From NCBI GenBank assembly GCA_030167865.1, contig JALAGF010000885.1, positions 1 through 55,713 on the forward strand: DNA of 55,713 bases, written 5' to 3'. The stretch comes from Craspedostauros australis. Taxonomy: Eukaryota. Position numbers and translations under genes: made by a program. Numbering within the stretch: the first letter of the stretch is position 1; every line of letters starts with the position of its first letter. This document shows positions 33,483-46,257 of the stretch, piece after piece. The notes under the pieces are model-generated. The model was given only the letters and a program-made list of their open reading frames with translations, was not told the DNA's origin and searched no databases.

Positions 33483-35538
33483 GTGTGGGAGCGCATGGGA
33501 GGGTGCAACGTCAAGCGTGTGAGCGAAGGCGGAAAACGGGGCTCGATTTCTTCTTCATCGCTGATGTGCTTCCGTGTTTGCTCCGACATCACCAGAGCAT
33601 CCGTAACAGCCACAATCCTCCTCTCGCTTGCACTTGCACCTCCACGAAACACGCCAACGCGAGATGTTACTCTCAACATGTGCAGGGTATGGCAGCAGTT
33701 GAAATAACAGCAACAGGAGGAGGCGGATCATCAAACACGAAAAAAAAGGCGCTTCTGCAAATATCTCACCTCTCTGGAATGGCGCTTGCGGCCACCATGG
33801 ATCAGTCAGATGGGAGGATGCCGAAGTCATCCCCAAACGTCTTCGTCTCCACCTTCTTATGCTCCAGCTTGCGCTTGGATCTGCGCAGTCCGCCATGGGC
33901 TATCGTCAGACCTTCCAGGATGGTGGACTTGCGCTTGGATCTCCGTCTCCCCATGGTGCTTGCTTTCCTTTTTTCTTCAGAGTACTCCAGTTCTCTATCT
34001 GGAGAGTGCTTCTATCTGATGCTCTATTTGTATCTACTTCTCTATTTGTGTCTGATCTGCTGCTTGTGTCTCTGTTTCTCTCCACTTTTGTCTCTGTGTG
34101 TTTCGATTCCGTCGACGATTCAGCGCTGTTTGGCGATGGTTCTTGCTTGATTTCTCGCGATGACTCGAGTAACTTCTGATGCTTTGGTGAGAATGGATTG
34201 TGGCAACTGCTTGTCGAGTAGAATAGAGCAGAGTAGGGTCGAGTAGTTGTTGTTATCATGCACTGGGGATGAGCTCTTCACGCTTTCTCTCTTTCACTCT
34301 TGATGCTTGTGCGAGTGTGAGTGAGTGTGTTGATCAGAGTATCCGCCAGGCAGACGACTGGGTGAGTGGGTGGATGGATAAATGGCCTCTTGGTGCCTGC
34401 TCCTTCTTCTGCTTTCTTTTTCGAAGACCAGCGCAATAGGAATGGAATGTCTGGAGCGTTGTGTCGTGCTGTCTTGTTGTAGTAGTCGCCGTATCGCCGC
34501 GTGCTCGTCGACAAACCGCTCTCTCTTTTTCTCGGATACCACCAAACCGCGAAAGACACGATCACTCGTGCGAGCGTGTATCGTGGCTTCTCGTGCCACA
34601 CACGCGAAAGCTGCGCGGAGCTGGTGGTCCCAGTCACACAAAAACAACAGCGACAACACAAGAAATCGATGGATGCATTCCGAAACCACGCCCGCTTCCC
34701 CGGTCGTCATCACAGCGCGCACAAATGCGACCTTGCTCAGCCAATCAGAACACGGACCGGAAAGAATTCGAAAAACATTTGCAGCTTTGGGGAACCAACG
34801 GTCGCGTGTGTGTGTTGGATCGCCGTGGAAACTCGCCGCCGTGAAGATCTTTGTCTGCGTCGCCATCTCTCCTGTCATGCCATGTGGAAGATCATGATGG
34901 GTGCGTGTGTGGCTGATTGGATGGGGATTGCCTCATGGATTGCCTCATGGATTGCATGACGGAATAGGAGTATGGCACGGGTGTGTTGCATGCCCTGTAT
35001 GGCACGACCTGTGGTAGATCGTACCTATGAGGTCTCCTCTTGCTACCGACAGAGAGCCTCCTCTGGTCTCGAGAGTTGCCTGATCTGAAAGTGTCGTCGC
35101 GACGAGCAATGAAATGAAGTGATTGACTCTAATGGTTGTTCATCATGGAAGATACTCTCTGGAGTGCCCTCTATCCCCCGTGATCTCATCTACTCTCTAC
35201 ATGTCCAGGTTCGATTGGGATGCGGATGATTGGGTTAGACCTCAGATTTTGGAGCGCTCGAGTTCCAACACTATCTTGCAATGCTGCGGCGCCTTCATCC
35301 ATATCATCATCCGGCCAGCAAAAACCTGCCCCTCTTGGTGGCGGAACTCTTGCGGTGGAACAAACATCCATTTTGCCAGAGTATTGGAGTAGAGCACCGT
35401 TCTCTTGTTCTCATCTTGGTTCGCTACTTGCATCTGCACATAGTATTATATTGCGCTAATCCGCGTCTGGGTGTGGATCAGTGGAATGCTCTTGTCGACA
35501 TTTCATGTACTGTATCATGGTATAATACAATATTCGTT

Positions 35539-37841
35539 TTACGACTTCTGCTCGTGCTCTTCTAACCTCGAGGACAGCATCTGTCGCACCGCGAACCACC
35601 CGGTCGCCGTCAGCAAGATTCCGGAACTGGACTGCATGGCCATGTCCAAGCTGCCTGCAAAATCTGCGAGCGCCCCCATCGTCGATGCTCCCAGCAGGAA
35701 GCCCACGTCGCCGGAGGTTCTCAACAACGCGATGGCCTGCGCGCGTTTGGCATCATCGACGCGATCCGAAATGAACGCCAGCGGCGCCGTAGACAGCAGA
35801 GAGGATCCGGCGGCCCAGACCGCCAGGACGCCGGCCATTTGGTACGTGTCCGCGCAGAACGGCAGCGTTGCCATGGCCGTTGATATCAGCGTGCATCCGC
35901 CGATGATGCCTGGCGCCTTGCCGACCATGTCGACGGCCTTGGCCATGACCGGATTTCCCAGCACCTGCACGATGCTCATGCCCATGTACACCTGCCCCAC
36001 GTTGGTCGCAGTCATGCCAAGTCCTGATGGATCGGTCAGTATCAGCGGGAGCAGCGTCATTTGGGATCCGGCCAGGGCGACCCAGTAGAACCCGTTCATG
36101 ATGCAGACGTTGCGGATCGGCGCCTCGGAAAGCAACGGCATCCACTGACCCAAGGCCTGCTGGAAGGATTCTCGGATCGTGACCTCCTTGGCCGCGTCCG
36201 TGGATTGCACCTGCCATGGAAAGTCCATGGGCTTGGCCTTCGTCTCGTCGAGCAGCGCGTTGTTGACGAATGCCAGGCCGATGTAGCTCGCGCCCACCAT
36301 GTAGAAGGTCGTGTTGATGCCGATGTAGTCGACGGAGAAGCCACCGATGGCAGGTCCCAGCGCCATGCCCGCGGCGAAGGCGGACATGATGGGAGCGAAG
36401 GTGGATGCGCGGTTCAAGGGAGTGGAGATGTCTGTGACGGCCATGGTCGCCGCCGTGCTCAACCCGGCAACGCCCAGGCCGCTGAGCAAGCGGCACAAGT
36501 ACAGCTGCTCGAAACTGTTGGCCAATCCGATTCCACCCACACCCATGGCGATGATGGACATGGAGTACACCAAGTACGGCTGTATTCGATTATGTCAGCA
36601 TGCATGCGTTTTGTGTGGTGATAAACATGCAGTTCAGTTTTGTAGAAGTGATCGAAGCAGGGGAGTGTGTTAGACATGGTGAGAGGAAGCAGCGATTGTC
36701 TTCACAACAAAGGCAGAGTCCCATGCAGCGCATTACAGCGCATTGCAACCAGCGCATCGACATCCAGCAAAAGATCTGATCGTCTACCATACAATCAGAG
36801 TCCACAATCAACCCAATTCTCGATCCAATTACATTCAATTCATGCATAGCACGCATACGACAGACATACCTTGCGCCCATGCCGTTCCACAAGCACGGCG
36901 CTGGGGATATTGCCCGACATCTTGGCCAACGCGAAGGCGCTGACGACGAAGCCGTACTCGCCGGCCGTGAGACCAAGATTCTTGACGACGAAGGGCATGG
37001 CCGGTGTGACGACGCCGACGGAGGATCCCACCAGCAGCATGGAGGCCACCAACGGCCACACGCGCTTGAAATCCAACGAGCTCGCGACAGTGCGGATGGC
37101 GGTAGTGAACTGCTCCTTGGTGATGTCGGCCGTGTCCACGCTGTCCTGCGCGAGGAAGAAATTGACGGCGCGTTGGCTTTCGGCTTTGGCGAATTTGCGA
37201 CGCAGGTAGCTGGTGCCCTGTTCGTCGACCTCGCTGTGCAGATCATTTTCGTCCTCCAGTTGCTGTATCCGTTGATTGAGGTATGCCGCGAGATGTTGTT
37301 GGAAGATGGGTGTGCTATCAGCATCATCAACAGCATTGGCATTAGCATCGGCATCATCGCATTGCTGATCGCAGGCTGTGTGCAGCAATGGTGTTTGGCA
37401 AATCGCTTCGTACACATTGTCGAGCTCTTCATCGGTGAACGTCTCCAATCCAAGATAGGTGAATAGGTGCTTCTGTTCCATTGCCGTCTCAGAATGAAGA
37501 CCTTGCAACCACCTTGGTGCGCAGTCCATGTGGGAAGCAGCCGATGCTGCTGCTGTGGCTGTTGTCGCTGCTGTCGATGATCTGGATGTGGATGTACTAA
37601 TATTCTGGAATCGTTGGCCAAAGCCACCAGCTTGAGGCTTCGATGAAAGATACCGGTCCCTCGATCCATCGAACGTAGTGGTCGTCGTCGTCGTTGCTCT
37701 TGCTAGTGAGCGCGACGGCATGGTCCATCGTTGCCGCAGCGCGATGTTGGATGACCCTCGTCTACTCATGAGGAGCTTCACATGATGTTGGAAACCCGGG
37801 GATCTGCACATGCGCATCTGCTTGTCCTGAAACCGAAACAT
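35539..37841 (-). CDS. MFS transporter (DHA1/tetracycline-resistance-like) with a long soluble N-terminal region; 2 exons
   Basis: Exons 37841-36870 and 36579-35539 (GTATGT donor, CAG acceptor, phase 0) rebuild MFS motif A (LVERHGRK|PYL). Also CRLLSGLG, GMALGPAIGG and LRTSGDVGFLLGA. The start codon is uncertain. Confidence 0.88.
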
Positions 37842-38410
37842 CTTTGCGGATGCGGGTATGAATGTATTGTAGAATATTATGCAATATATTGCTCGTAAGT
37901 ATAATATAATATGATATCTGGTCGTCAATATCCGTACGTAGAGGACAGCACGTTGGCTGTGTAGGTTGTATCTTTACCAGCAAGAGGAATGACCCTCAGT
38001 CAGAGGCGGTGCCTGTTTCACCTCTCTTGCACCAACAAGGTGAAGTGCTTTCCTTGGTTGTCGGATGGACAAGTGAGACGTCTACAACGGTGATGATGAG
38101 GACGGTAGTGAGGACGGTGGTGAGGACGATAAATGAAGGAACATAACGTGAATGCTCGATGTGCCAGGAGAGCGTACGAGTTATGCGGCGAGTATTCGTG
38201 ATGGCACGGGGATTGTTCTGTTCTGCTATTCCGCCCAACGCAAACGTGAGGTGGTCTGTCGACATACCTCGCGACGGTTGGCATCAAACACGAAACTGCA
38301 GATGGCGAGCCGCGGGGCGAATCATCCATCATCACCCTTCGTCAGTCTGCGTTGTCAATCATGATGATGCTCACGTCCACCGCGAACAAAAAAGAACAAA
38401 CCTCGCTGCC

Positions 38411-38616
38411 TGATGTCCGCCACGTTCAGTTGTCCGTAATTGATCAACACGAGCTGCACAAATGAATTAGAACGGTCAGTCCGTTTGTCCGGGGCCGATT
38501 ACGAACAAAGACATGCAATGTTCGATAATTAATCGTTCGTTGTTGATATTGTCCGCTTAGTATTATCGTTCGAGAATACAAATTTATGGCGGACACTTGT
38601 CTGCAATCGGACATCA
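38411..38616. repeat. AT-rich 206-bp segment with short terminal inverted repeats and internal GTCCG motifs (MITE-like or regulatory)
   Basis: tgatgtccg (38411-38419) pairs with cggacatca (38608-38616). tgtccgcca (38414-38422) also pairs with tggcggaca (38587-38595). Confidence 0.45.
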
Positions 38617-41003
38617 ACAATGACTCGATTACTGTACTTCAATAGTACTACAATACAAGTACGATACTCCAATGTGCACGTTTCAAGTGTCTACACACGC
38701 AGAGTAGACTCTGCATTCCAAACGCGGATGAACAAGATCAGCATCTCAGAATGGGTAGGGATGTTCTCCCTCACAGCAGTACGGGCTGGAGATACACTTG
38801 GGACGCTCGTCGGCATCAAACGGCCACTCGTACCATAATCTGTCCTTGTCATCAACGCCACACATATTGTCGTTTGGAGCTTCCATCCGTCTGGTACTAT
38901 ATTCGGAACATGCACCAACGGAAACAGGTTGGGCTTCTTGAGATCTCCTCTCCTTCCTCCTCCGTGGCATTCTCTCTCTCTCTCTCTCCGCAGAGAGAGC
39001 TCTTTGGAGAGTGAGGGTTGCAGTCCTACTCCTCTTAGTTTTCCTCGACGAAACTGGGCTGGTCCTGCTCTGTCGGAAGTTTCAAAGTGAAACGGGAATT
39101 CCATGTACGAGCAGGAACGAGTGGCAGGCATGGAATACGACCTACTCGTATGTATAACGAGAAGCAGGGGCATTGAAACAACAAAGAGAGAAGCGAAGAC
39201 GAATGCAGAATGCGCTTTCTCGCCGTTTTACGTATCGAAGATCACGGGTTGTTGCTTTTCGTGTGGTGAGGTGCCATACCGTACCATGCTATACTCTGCG
39301 ATGACAACAACCAGAAGAGGATGTCACCCTGGATGCATTTGAATTCAACTTGCTACTTGAAAATTGTTCCCTCGCCACAAACAGGGCACAAAGAAGAGAG
39401 AGAGAGATGGAGACACAGGGAGAGAGGCGCACCGACCTCGGGACAAAATTCGTATCTTGCTCTGTGTGCAGTAGACAGGAGAACAAGAGAAGATTCTGTC
39501 GGAGCCTCCAAGTTCAAAAATGAATCCCCGCCTCATTGGATGCGGGACATCGTGGGACCAAACCAAAATCCGATTGCTCTTCTGAGACGAGAACACTCCA
39601 TCACAGTTTTTCGTGGTGTCGTCGTCGGCTTCCATCGGTTGAATGAACAACGCGAAGGGCGCAACAAGACCAACATCACGAACTGACCCAACGGTCGGAT
39701 CAACGGCAATACTCCGCAAGTTTCTCGTTGTGTGTTTTGTTGGGCTGGTTTGTGTTGGGTCGCGTTGTGTTGCACTCCGTTGCGCCGCAAGCATGTTGGT
39801 GGATTGGAAACGAACGACAAAATGTCTGTGATGGTGGGAGACGTTGTGATGGTTAACAGCGCCATCGCGAGGACCTTGGTTCCAGTAATTGCGCAGAAGT
39901 GATACCCATTCAAGAGATGACTAAAAAGTGACAACGTAAACCAAATTCCAATTTGGCGCTGTGTCCGGTCATGGATTCGGCAGTTTAAACTTCATGTGTA
40001 TCACATCAGAGATCATTCACAACCTACAGAGTTGAATACATTCATGATGTGTGAACGGACACGAACGCTGAAAAATGTGCCGCCAATCAAGGATGCCAGG
40101 TGTCATTATCACTCATTCCCTCCAATGTGACAAACAACGAAGCACACTCGAACCGTGGCTGTATCAAAATTCCCCCATTGTCCCTCCGCAACATAGCGCA
40201 ACGGCAAGCCGACGCGTGAGGTTTCGAAGATGTCCAGTGATGGAATTACCGGCGGGAAACGACGGTCGCGGTTGGCCAAGGTACCAGACTCTACCCAGTG
40301 ATGACCCCAATCATTCAAGAGACAACAACGGTGACACCGGCGACACCAGCGACAGCAACAGCAGCAAATGTGCGACGCAGAGAAACGAGAATGCAGCAAA
40401 GTGCGGAACACACAGCAGCAACAACGCAGCAAGAAGCAAAACCTCGAGGAGGAGAGGAGAGGCAGGCAACTCCGAGCGCGTGCGCCCCAACACACAAACA
40501 TCAAACGGAAGTGGTCTTGGATGGGAAACTGCGTACAGCATCTCTGCGCACAATCACAATCACAACGCTCGTGTTGTTACGGAGCTACTTGCAACACAAC
40601 AAGGCAACGCCATTCACTCATCCATTCATTCGTTCAATCGCTCAATCATCAAAAAAGGGATCAGCACAGCAGCAGCCATCGGACGTCGAGATTGCTCTCT
40701 TGTGCTGTGGCAACCACTGTTGCGCATAAAAATCGCAGGCAACGACAATCCGAAGGACAAAGCCACCAAGTTTGCTTGACACCAAACGAGTGATTCACAT
40801 CAATCTCCTCCGCCCAACTCGACTCTGCCACCAACGGTAGTTACTAAAGCAGCACCAGCAACAGCACCAGCACCAGCAGCAGAAGCGCGTTTCTCCCCCT
40901 TGCAAATACCATACCTGTACGCGTACATTCGCACATTCGTTCGTGAAACTGATCCCTTGCACTCCACACACCAACACTGGCAGCAACAGCAACAGAAGCA
41001 ACC

Positions 41004-42932
41004 ATGGCGACTGCAACCACAAAGACAGACGGAACGGACAGCGACGGCAGCGCTCCGCCAACCAATGATTTCAAGCTGCGACGCAGAGAATCCGCCACAC
41101 GGTTAATTCCAGGCCTGGAACAAATGGCGGTATCGCCACAACGCCCGCGAGTTGCGGCGCCAAGTTCTCCTGCCTTGTGGGAACAAATGAAGCAACAGCA
41201 CCAGAATCAGCAGAAGAAGAAGGGAGCCTCCGGTGACGATGATGACCTCACGCTCTCACCCATGGCAACCCACAAGCAGACCATCTTGCAGCCAGTATCG
41301 CCCTTCCGAGTTAACCGCGGCAGCGCCAACAAAGATGGCGACGTGGCCTTCGGTACGAACATCGGGGAGAAACGGGGCATCGCGGGCACCAGCCAGACTC
41401 CTCCGCATGGCAATTCGCCCACGGCCAATGCCAACGCATCCTGCAAACGCCCCTTGCAGATGCCGCGCGATCAGCTCTACTGCGACCTGACGCCAGTCAC
41501 GCGCAACACTTTCAGTGACGACGGCGGCATCCTCCCAGGCTCTTCCGTCATGGCTGTGTCGCCCGATGATGGCGCCATGCTGCACGGTGAACACCTGGCC
41601 ATGCCAACGGCCCTGGACCAACCATCGTCGTCATATCGCTCGGGCCCATCGTCGCACCACGCTCCGTCGCTGCCGCCGTTGCCCAACAGGCGCACGACGA
41701 GCGTTGGGCAAATGGACATGAGCTCCATCTTCGTGGCACACAGCAACCGAGTGGCCGCGGACGCTCACACGCGCACACATGCCCGTAGAAGCTCAGACAT
41801 CAACATTCGACCAGAGCACATGGTGCAGAACCAACTGTCCATGCTGGCCGAGCCCATCAGTCTCCCACAAAGTGGCCGTTCGCACACCTTCACAAGCAGA
41901 GAGGAGTACGAAGAACAGCAGCAGCAGCAGCAGCAGCAACAACACCAGAATGGAGGATCAAGCAACACCAACGGCGGCAACAACGGCAATGCCGCTGCAG
42001 TCAACGAGGATGTGCCACGGCTGGCCCACCGCACGCTGATCCCGTACCAACCGACTCGCCACGACCTGACGGACCTGCGCTCAATCCCGCAGGAAGCCCT
42101 CAACCAAATCTTCATCTCCCGTGCGAACCGCCCTCCGCTGCGAAGAGAATCCAGCGGGTGCGAAGACGCGACGGCTCTTGCCAATCCCATGTCTCTGGGC
42201 GATCGCACCTGGTCTATCCCATCGCTGCACATGGCCAATCGCTTGGCCAGCACCGGCAGCCTCACGTCTTTGGCATCGTATTACACGGACGAAGAGGACT
42301 CCATCCATGGTGCAACATCCTCGCACCTGGGCGATGACAACGCCAGCGTCAACAGCCGCAGCAGCCTCTACCTGTCCGAGTCGCATCACGGCGAGCCTCT
42401 CATTCCGAGACGCATGTCGGACGATGCCACCCCGTTCGTCATATCCTCCACCTTCCAGCCAGTCTTCGTGGGCGCGCCGTTGCAAGGCACCGACAGTGGC
42501 AGCATCAACAGCAACAACAGCATCAACAACAGCTACAGCAACAACGACCACGAACCTGGCAACCACAATGCCAACAGCCGCGACTACCATCGCAACAATG
42601 CCCAATCCGGCAAGCGCAAACGCAGCAAGAAGGAAAAGAGGGCCATCGAATGGCTGCGCACCGTCGAGGCCAACCCGAACGGTATCGCCGAGGCCGCCAG
42701 CTCCAAGTTCCTCATCGCGTCCAACGCCGCCCAGGTGCAGCTCCCCGCAGAGCAGATTCACGCCGAAGCGTCCGTGCTTCCCTCTTTGATACTCAAACCC
42801 AAGGCCGCCATGGGACTCGCCGCTTCCGCCAACCAAGTTGCGGGGGTGTTGGCGACGCCCGTCCTGCATCGCAGAGCCTTGTCCAGACAGACATCGTCTC
42901 CGGCCACCCTCGATGCTCCGCTCAACTTGTAA
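41004..42932 (+). CDS. Uncharacterised low-complexity, probably disordered, protein (642 aa)
   Basis: Long single ORF with coding-like codon bias, poly-Q (41916-41942), Asn/Ser-rich tracts, a basic KRKRSKKEKR cluster followed by AIEWLRTVE...IAEAASSKFL, and a CA-rich leader upstream. Confidence 0.8.
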   Translation: MATATTKTDGTDSDGSAPPTNDFKLRRRESATRLIPGLEQMAVSPQRPRVAAPSSPALWEQMKQQHQNQQKKKGASGDDDDLTLSPMATHKQTILQPVSPFRVNRGSANKDGDVAFGTNIGEKRGIAGTSQTPPHGNSPTANANASCKRPLQMPRDQLYCDLTPVTRNTFSDDGGILPGSSVMAVSPDDGAMLHGEHLAMPTALDQPSSSYRSGPSSHHAPSLPPLPNRRTTSVGQMDMSSIFVAHSNRVAADAHTRTHARRSSDINIRPEHMVQNQLSMLAEPISLPQSGRSHTFTSREEYEEQQQQQQQQQHQNGGSSNTNGGNNGNAAAVNEDVPRLAHRTLIPYQPTRHDLTDLRSIPQEALNQIFISRANRPPLRRESSGCEDATALANPMSLGDRTWSIPSLHMANRLASTGSLTSLASYYTDEEDSIHGATSSHLGDDNASVNSRSSLYLSESHHGEPLIPRRMSDDATPFVISSTFQPVFVGAPLQGTDSGSINSNNSINNSYSNNDHEPGNHNANSRDYHRNNAQSGKRKRSKKEKRAIEWLRTVEANPNGIAEAASSKFLIASNAAQVQLPAEQIHAEASVLPSLILKPKAAMGLAASANQVAGVLATPVLHRRALSRQTSSPATLDAPLNL

Positions 42933-45900
42933 TTCTACTAATGTATGGTACCGTGCAGCATGAGAGGTGTGAGCATCATGGGCATCATGACAGGATATAT
43001 GGTAGTTGTGGGCGTGGTTGTGAGTGCAGGTGCAGGCGGTGAGTTCCTCGAGAAGCAGATGGACAGGAATAGTCTCGAACGCCCCTTCCCTCTTCTCCAT
43101 TGTAAATGATTCATAGAATACCAACCGGTATAGAATAAGTATGAGTGTGCATGGAAGCACCAGAGTGTGCACTCTATGCAGGTTGCGGTTGTTCGTAATA
43201 GTTCGCCGATACGCGTCGGAGTTGTGTTGCAGTACGAGTTCGGTATGGTGTGGTATGACCAATAGCGCAATACGAATCTTCGCAGCCGGCATGGGCTGCG
43301 TCTGCGCTTGCGCTGTGTGCATGTATGGCACGCCAAAACGTGTGAGTCTCCGTGGCACTACGTCGTCTGGTGCAAGTAGGTACGTGCATGTGTACGTAAG
43401 AGCTATGCATGATGTAAGAGTAGTACATCATGAGTGCACGATACACCATGCGTGTTGCCAGGGCCGGAAGCCTTGCATGGGCACGTTCATTGCCGATGGC
43501 TTCGCCGACACCAACCGCAAACACAACATCAACGCCAACGGCAACTGCAACAGCAAAGACAACACTGGCATCGGAGAATCGATCGTGGATTTCCTCGCAA
43601 ATGCAACCCAAAAAAGGAGACGCAAGAGCCCTGAAGCGAGCCACATGAAGATGATAGTTCCTTTGCACGTGGACGCAAACTGAAGGAACACTTTCCCTGC
43701 CCGTAGACAGTACTACTCCATTCATAAGCACCCCAATTGCTACTTCCAAACCTGACGAAGACCAACCAATGCGCGTTGCGCACTTGCTCCCTTTTGCCAA
43801 CATGGTGCCATGGCTGTTGCCGTTGCTGGTCTTGTTGTGGAACACCTTGGGTTCAGCTGAGGAGTGTTCCATTTGAAGCGAGGTGGTGTGGATTGGGCCT
43901 CCTCTCCCAATCGTCTGTCTGGCGTTGTTGGCTTTCTCTGATCTTGGGCAGATCTTTTGGATGCCATGAGTTGCAATCACGATTGAAACCCCGCGTTGCG
44001 CGTCATTGGAATGGCTCTGTGTCTTGTCGAGCGAATACCGGAGCGCGGCGCTCTCACAAAATTGCGTGCATCCTCCGATTCTTGGGCGCCGTTGCACACG
44101 AAGCGCCCACGCGAGAAGCGTCTTGGTTTGCTGTCCTCTTCGAGTCTGTATTCGTGGAGTGCGACCTGCGGCAGTTCGTAACGTCACCACATTGCGCATG
44201 ATGTTGGCGCCACCGTCCGCAATCACACGAGGCGGCTCGAATAGTGTAAGTGCGATCGACTCGTGCAAAAAGAAGAGTGTACTCGCGGAGTCGGGCAACA
44301 GTTATGGTACTCCAAGAGGAGAGTACCTGGATCAGCGATTGCCAAAATGTTAAGCAGAAACAACAGACCAGGAACAGGAGCATCCACAGCACCAGCGAAA
44401 GCATCAACTATGAATAGAAAACGATGTCGATAACAGTACCATGGAGGAGTCGACTCTGTAGAGGCAGAGAGATGAGAGAGGAATGGAGAGAGCAGAGTGT
44501 GCGTAGCAGCAGTCGAGCGGAGTAGGGCGATCTCTCTCTCTCGCTCTCTCTCGGCAGTAATTTTAATAACATTGACACCGCAGAGAGTTGTTCCCAATTG
44601 TTCGACTACGATGCACGCAGTACGCACTGTTGCCTAATACCACCGGTCGTACATAACTACAGATACGTACAACTCCTCTTCAGGACTGTACTTTGCGTAT
44701 GTTATGTACCGCACTCTACCCATGAGCACAAAGCGCTCATTCTTTTCGAGGCTCGTGCAATCGTGTCATCGATGTCACATGAGCTGTGCAGGTTGGTGGG
44801 GAGGGTTCTCAGAAACAGCCTCCGCGAGGCTTCCGATGGTGGCGCCATCGCCGAACGTGATTAATGTCCCAAGCGAAGCTGTCAAACGCTCAGCTCCTCG
44901 ACGATTTCAGTCGTACGTTGCTCCACACACCAACGAATGACCAACCGCATGGGTCAGCAAGGCGGAAACCGAAGGCTGCCACCGAGGCCGCCGAGCTTCA
45001 TGGCCACACTTGTTATGTCATCGGTGGCCAAAAATGGGGGGACCAGCAAAATTGTTGTGTCGCAGCGCCTAAACGAGACACGATTTATTGTGTGTGTATC
45101 ACATTGAGACGCCTCGGTGCATGTGGAAGACCGAGAATAAATAGGGACCCGCGCGTCGACCATGCACACCAGCCCGCAACCCGGTGTCCGGTGATGCGTT
45201 ACAATGACCAACAACACGAGCACACCGACCTCCACCGACGTTGCGACACCAGTGCCAGCACGTGTGTTAGCGCATCTGCACGCGCAGAGAGAGGCACACA
45301 CATGGACCAACGACGCGCTCACGCTGTCAGGAGGTGGGCCACACACTCTGCTCAGCCAACGCCATGAACGCATCCCTCCGCCTCTCTTGAGCCTCACCCA
45401 TTCGACATTCCCATTGGAGGCATCATCATCATCATTGAGACCAAGACGAACACAAGGACGACAACCAGCAGTCTCCACCAGCGGAAGAGCTGCTACCAAC
45501 ATCAAAACCAAGCAACATCATCACAACCAAAGAGACCCGGCGGACAGAGGACCAAGCGGCGACCTCTGCACAAAGGAAGAGAGGACGGAGTAGCACAACA
45601 CAATCCGACGCATCGAGGCAACAGAGGCAGCTCATTTTTGCACGCTTGGGCAAGCAGGAGGAACGGCAGCAACGGAACGCAAAACCCAGACAACAGACTG
45701 AATTGCGCGGCGCAGTAAAAAGCGGGACACGGACACCGGCAGCGAAAGGCGAAGAGAAGGAAAGCACAGCAACGAACGCGCAGATAAACGTCAACCATGG
45801 CGGACGGAGCGGTGGAACAGCTGCGCTGCATACACTCGGCGGCAACGAGAACAACGGGCCGTGCGACGGTGATGTTGAGCATCGGTGAAAGCGACGTGGG

Positions 45901-46257
45901 CGAACGCTTGACAACGATACGACAGACAATGCAACGGCCGCAGCAGGCCCAGGAGGAGCACCATCCGGAAGAGCAACCAAAGCGGCGGCAACAAGAACGT
46001 GAGTGATTCGACGAAAACATGGCGGAAAGGAAATTTGTTCGGGGAAGCTTTGTCGATTCGATTCGTGTGGTTATGTGTTGTGAACGCTTGCGTTAAGCGA
46101 AGACGAACAAAATTCTCGATTTGAAATGGTTAGCCCGTTCGCTTCGCGCGGGGCACGCCTGGGGATGGGCCAGCGACTGAAGCACATGGCGACGAAAAAA
46201 CGTGAAGGTGGCCAGCACAGGGGACTCCTCTCGTGCAATTCACCGCGATGGCTGTCT

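Noticed and set aside
40075-40793. ORFs of 140-234 aa upstream of the 41004 gene
   Set aside because: Overlapping ORFs in several frames over CAA/CAG-rich sequence. Best explained as a long leader or intergenic low complexity.
42081-44298. Long minus-strand ORFs (425 aa and 374 aa)
   Set aside because: The first is largely antisense to the 41004 CDS. The second has no motifs or coding bias.
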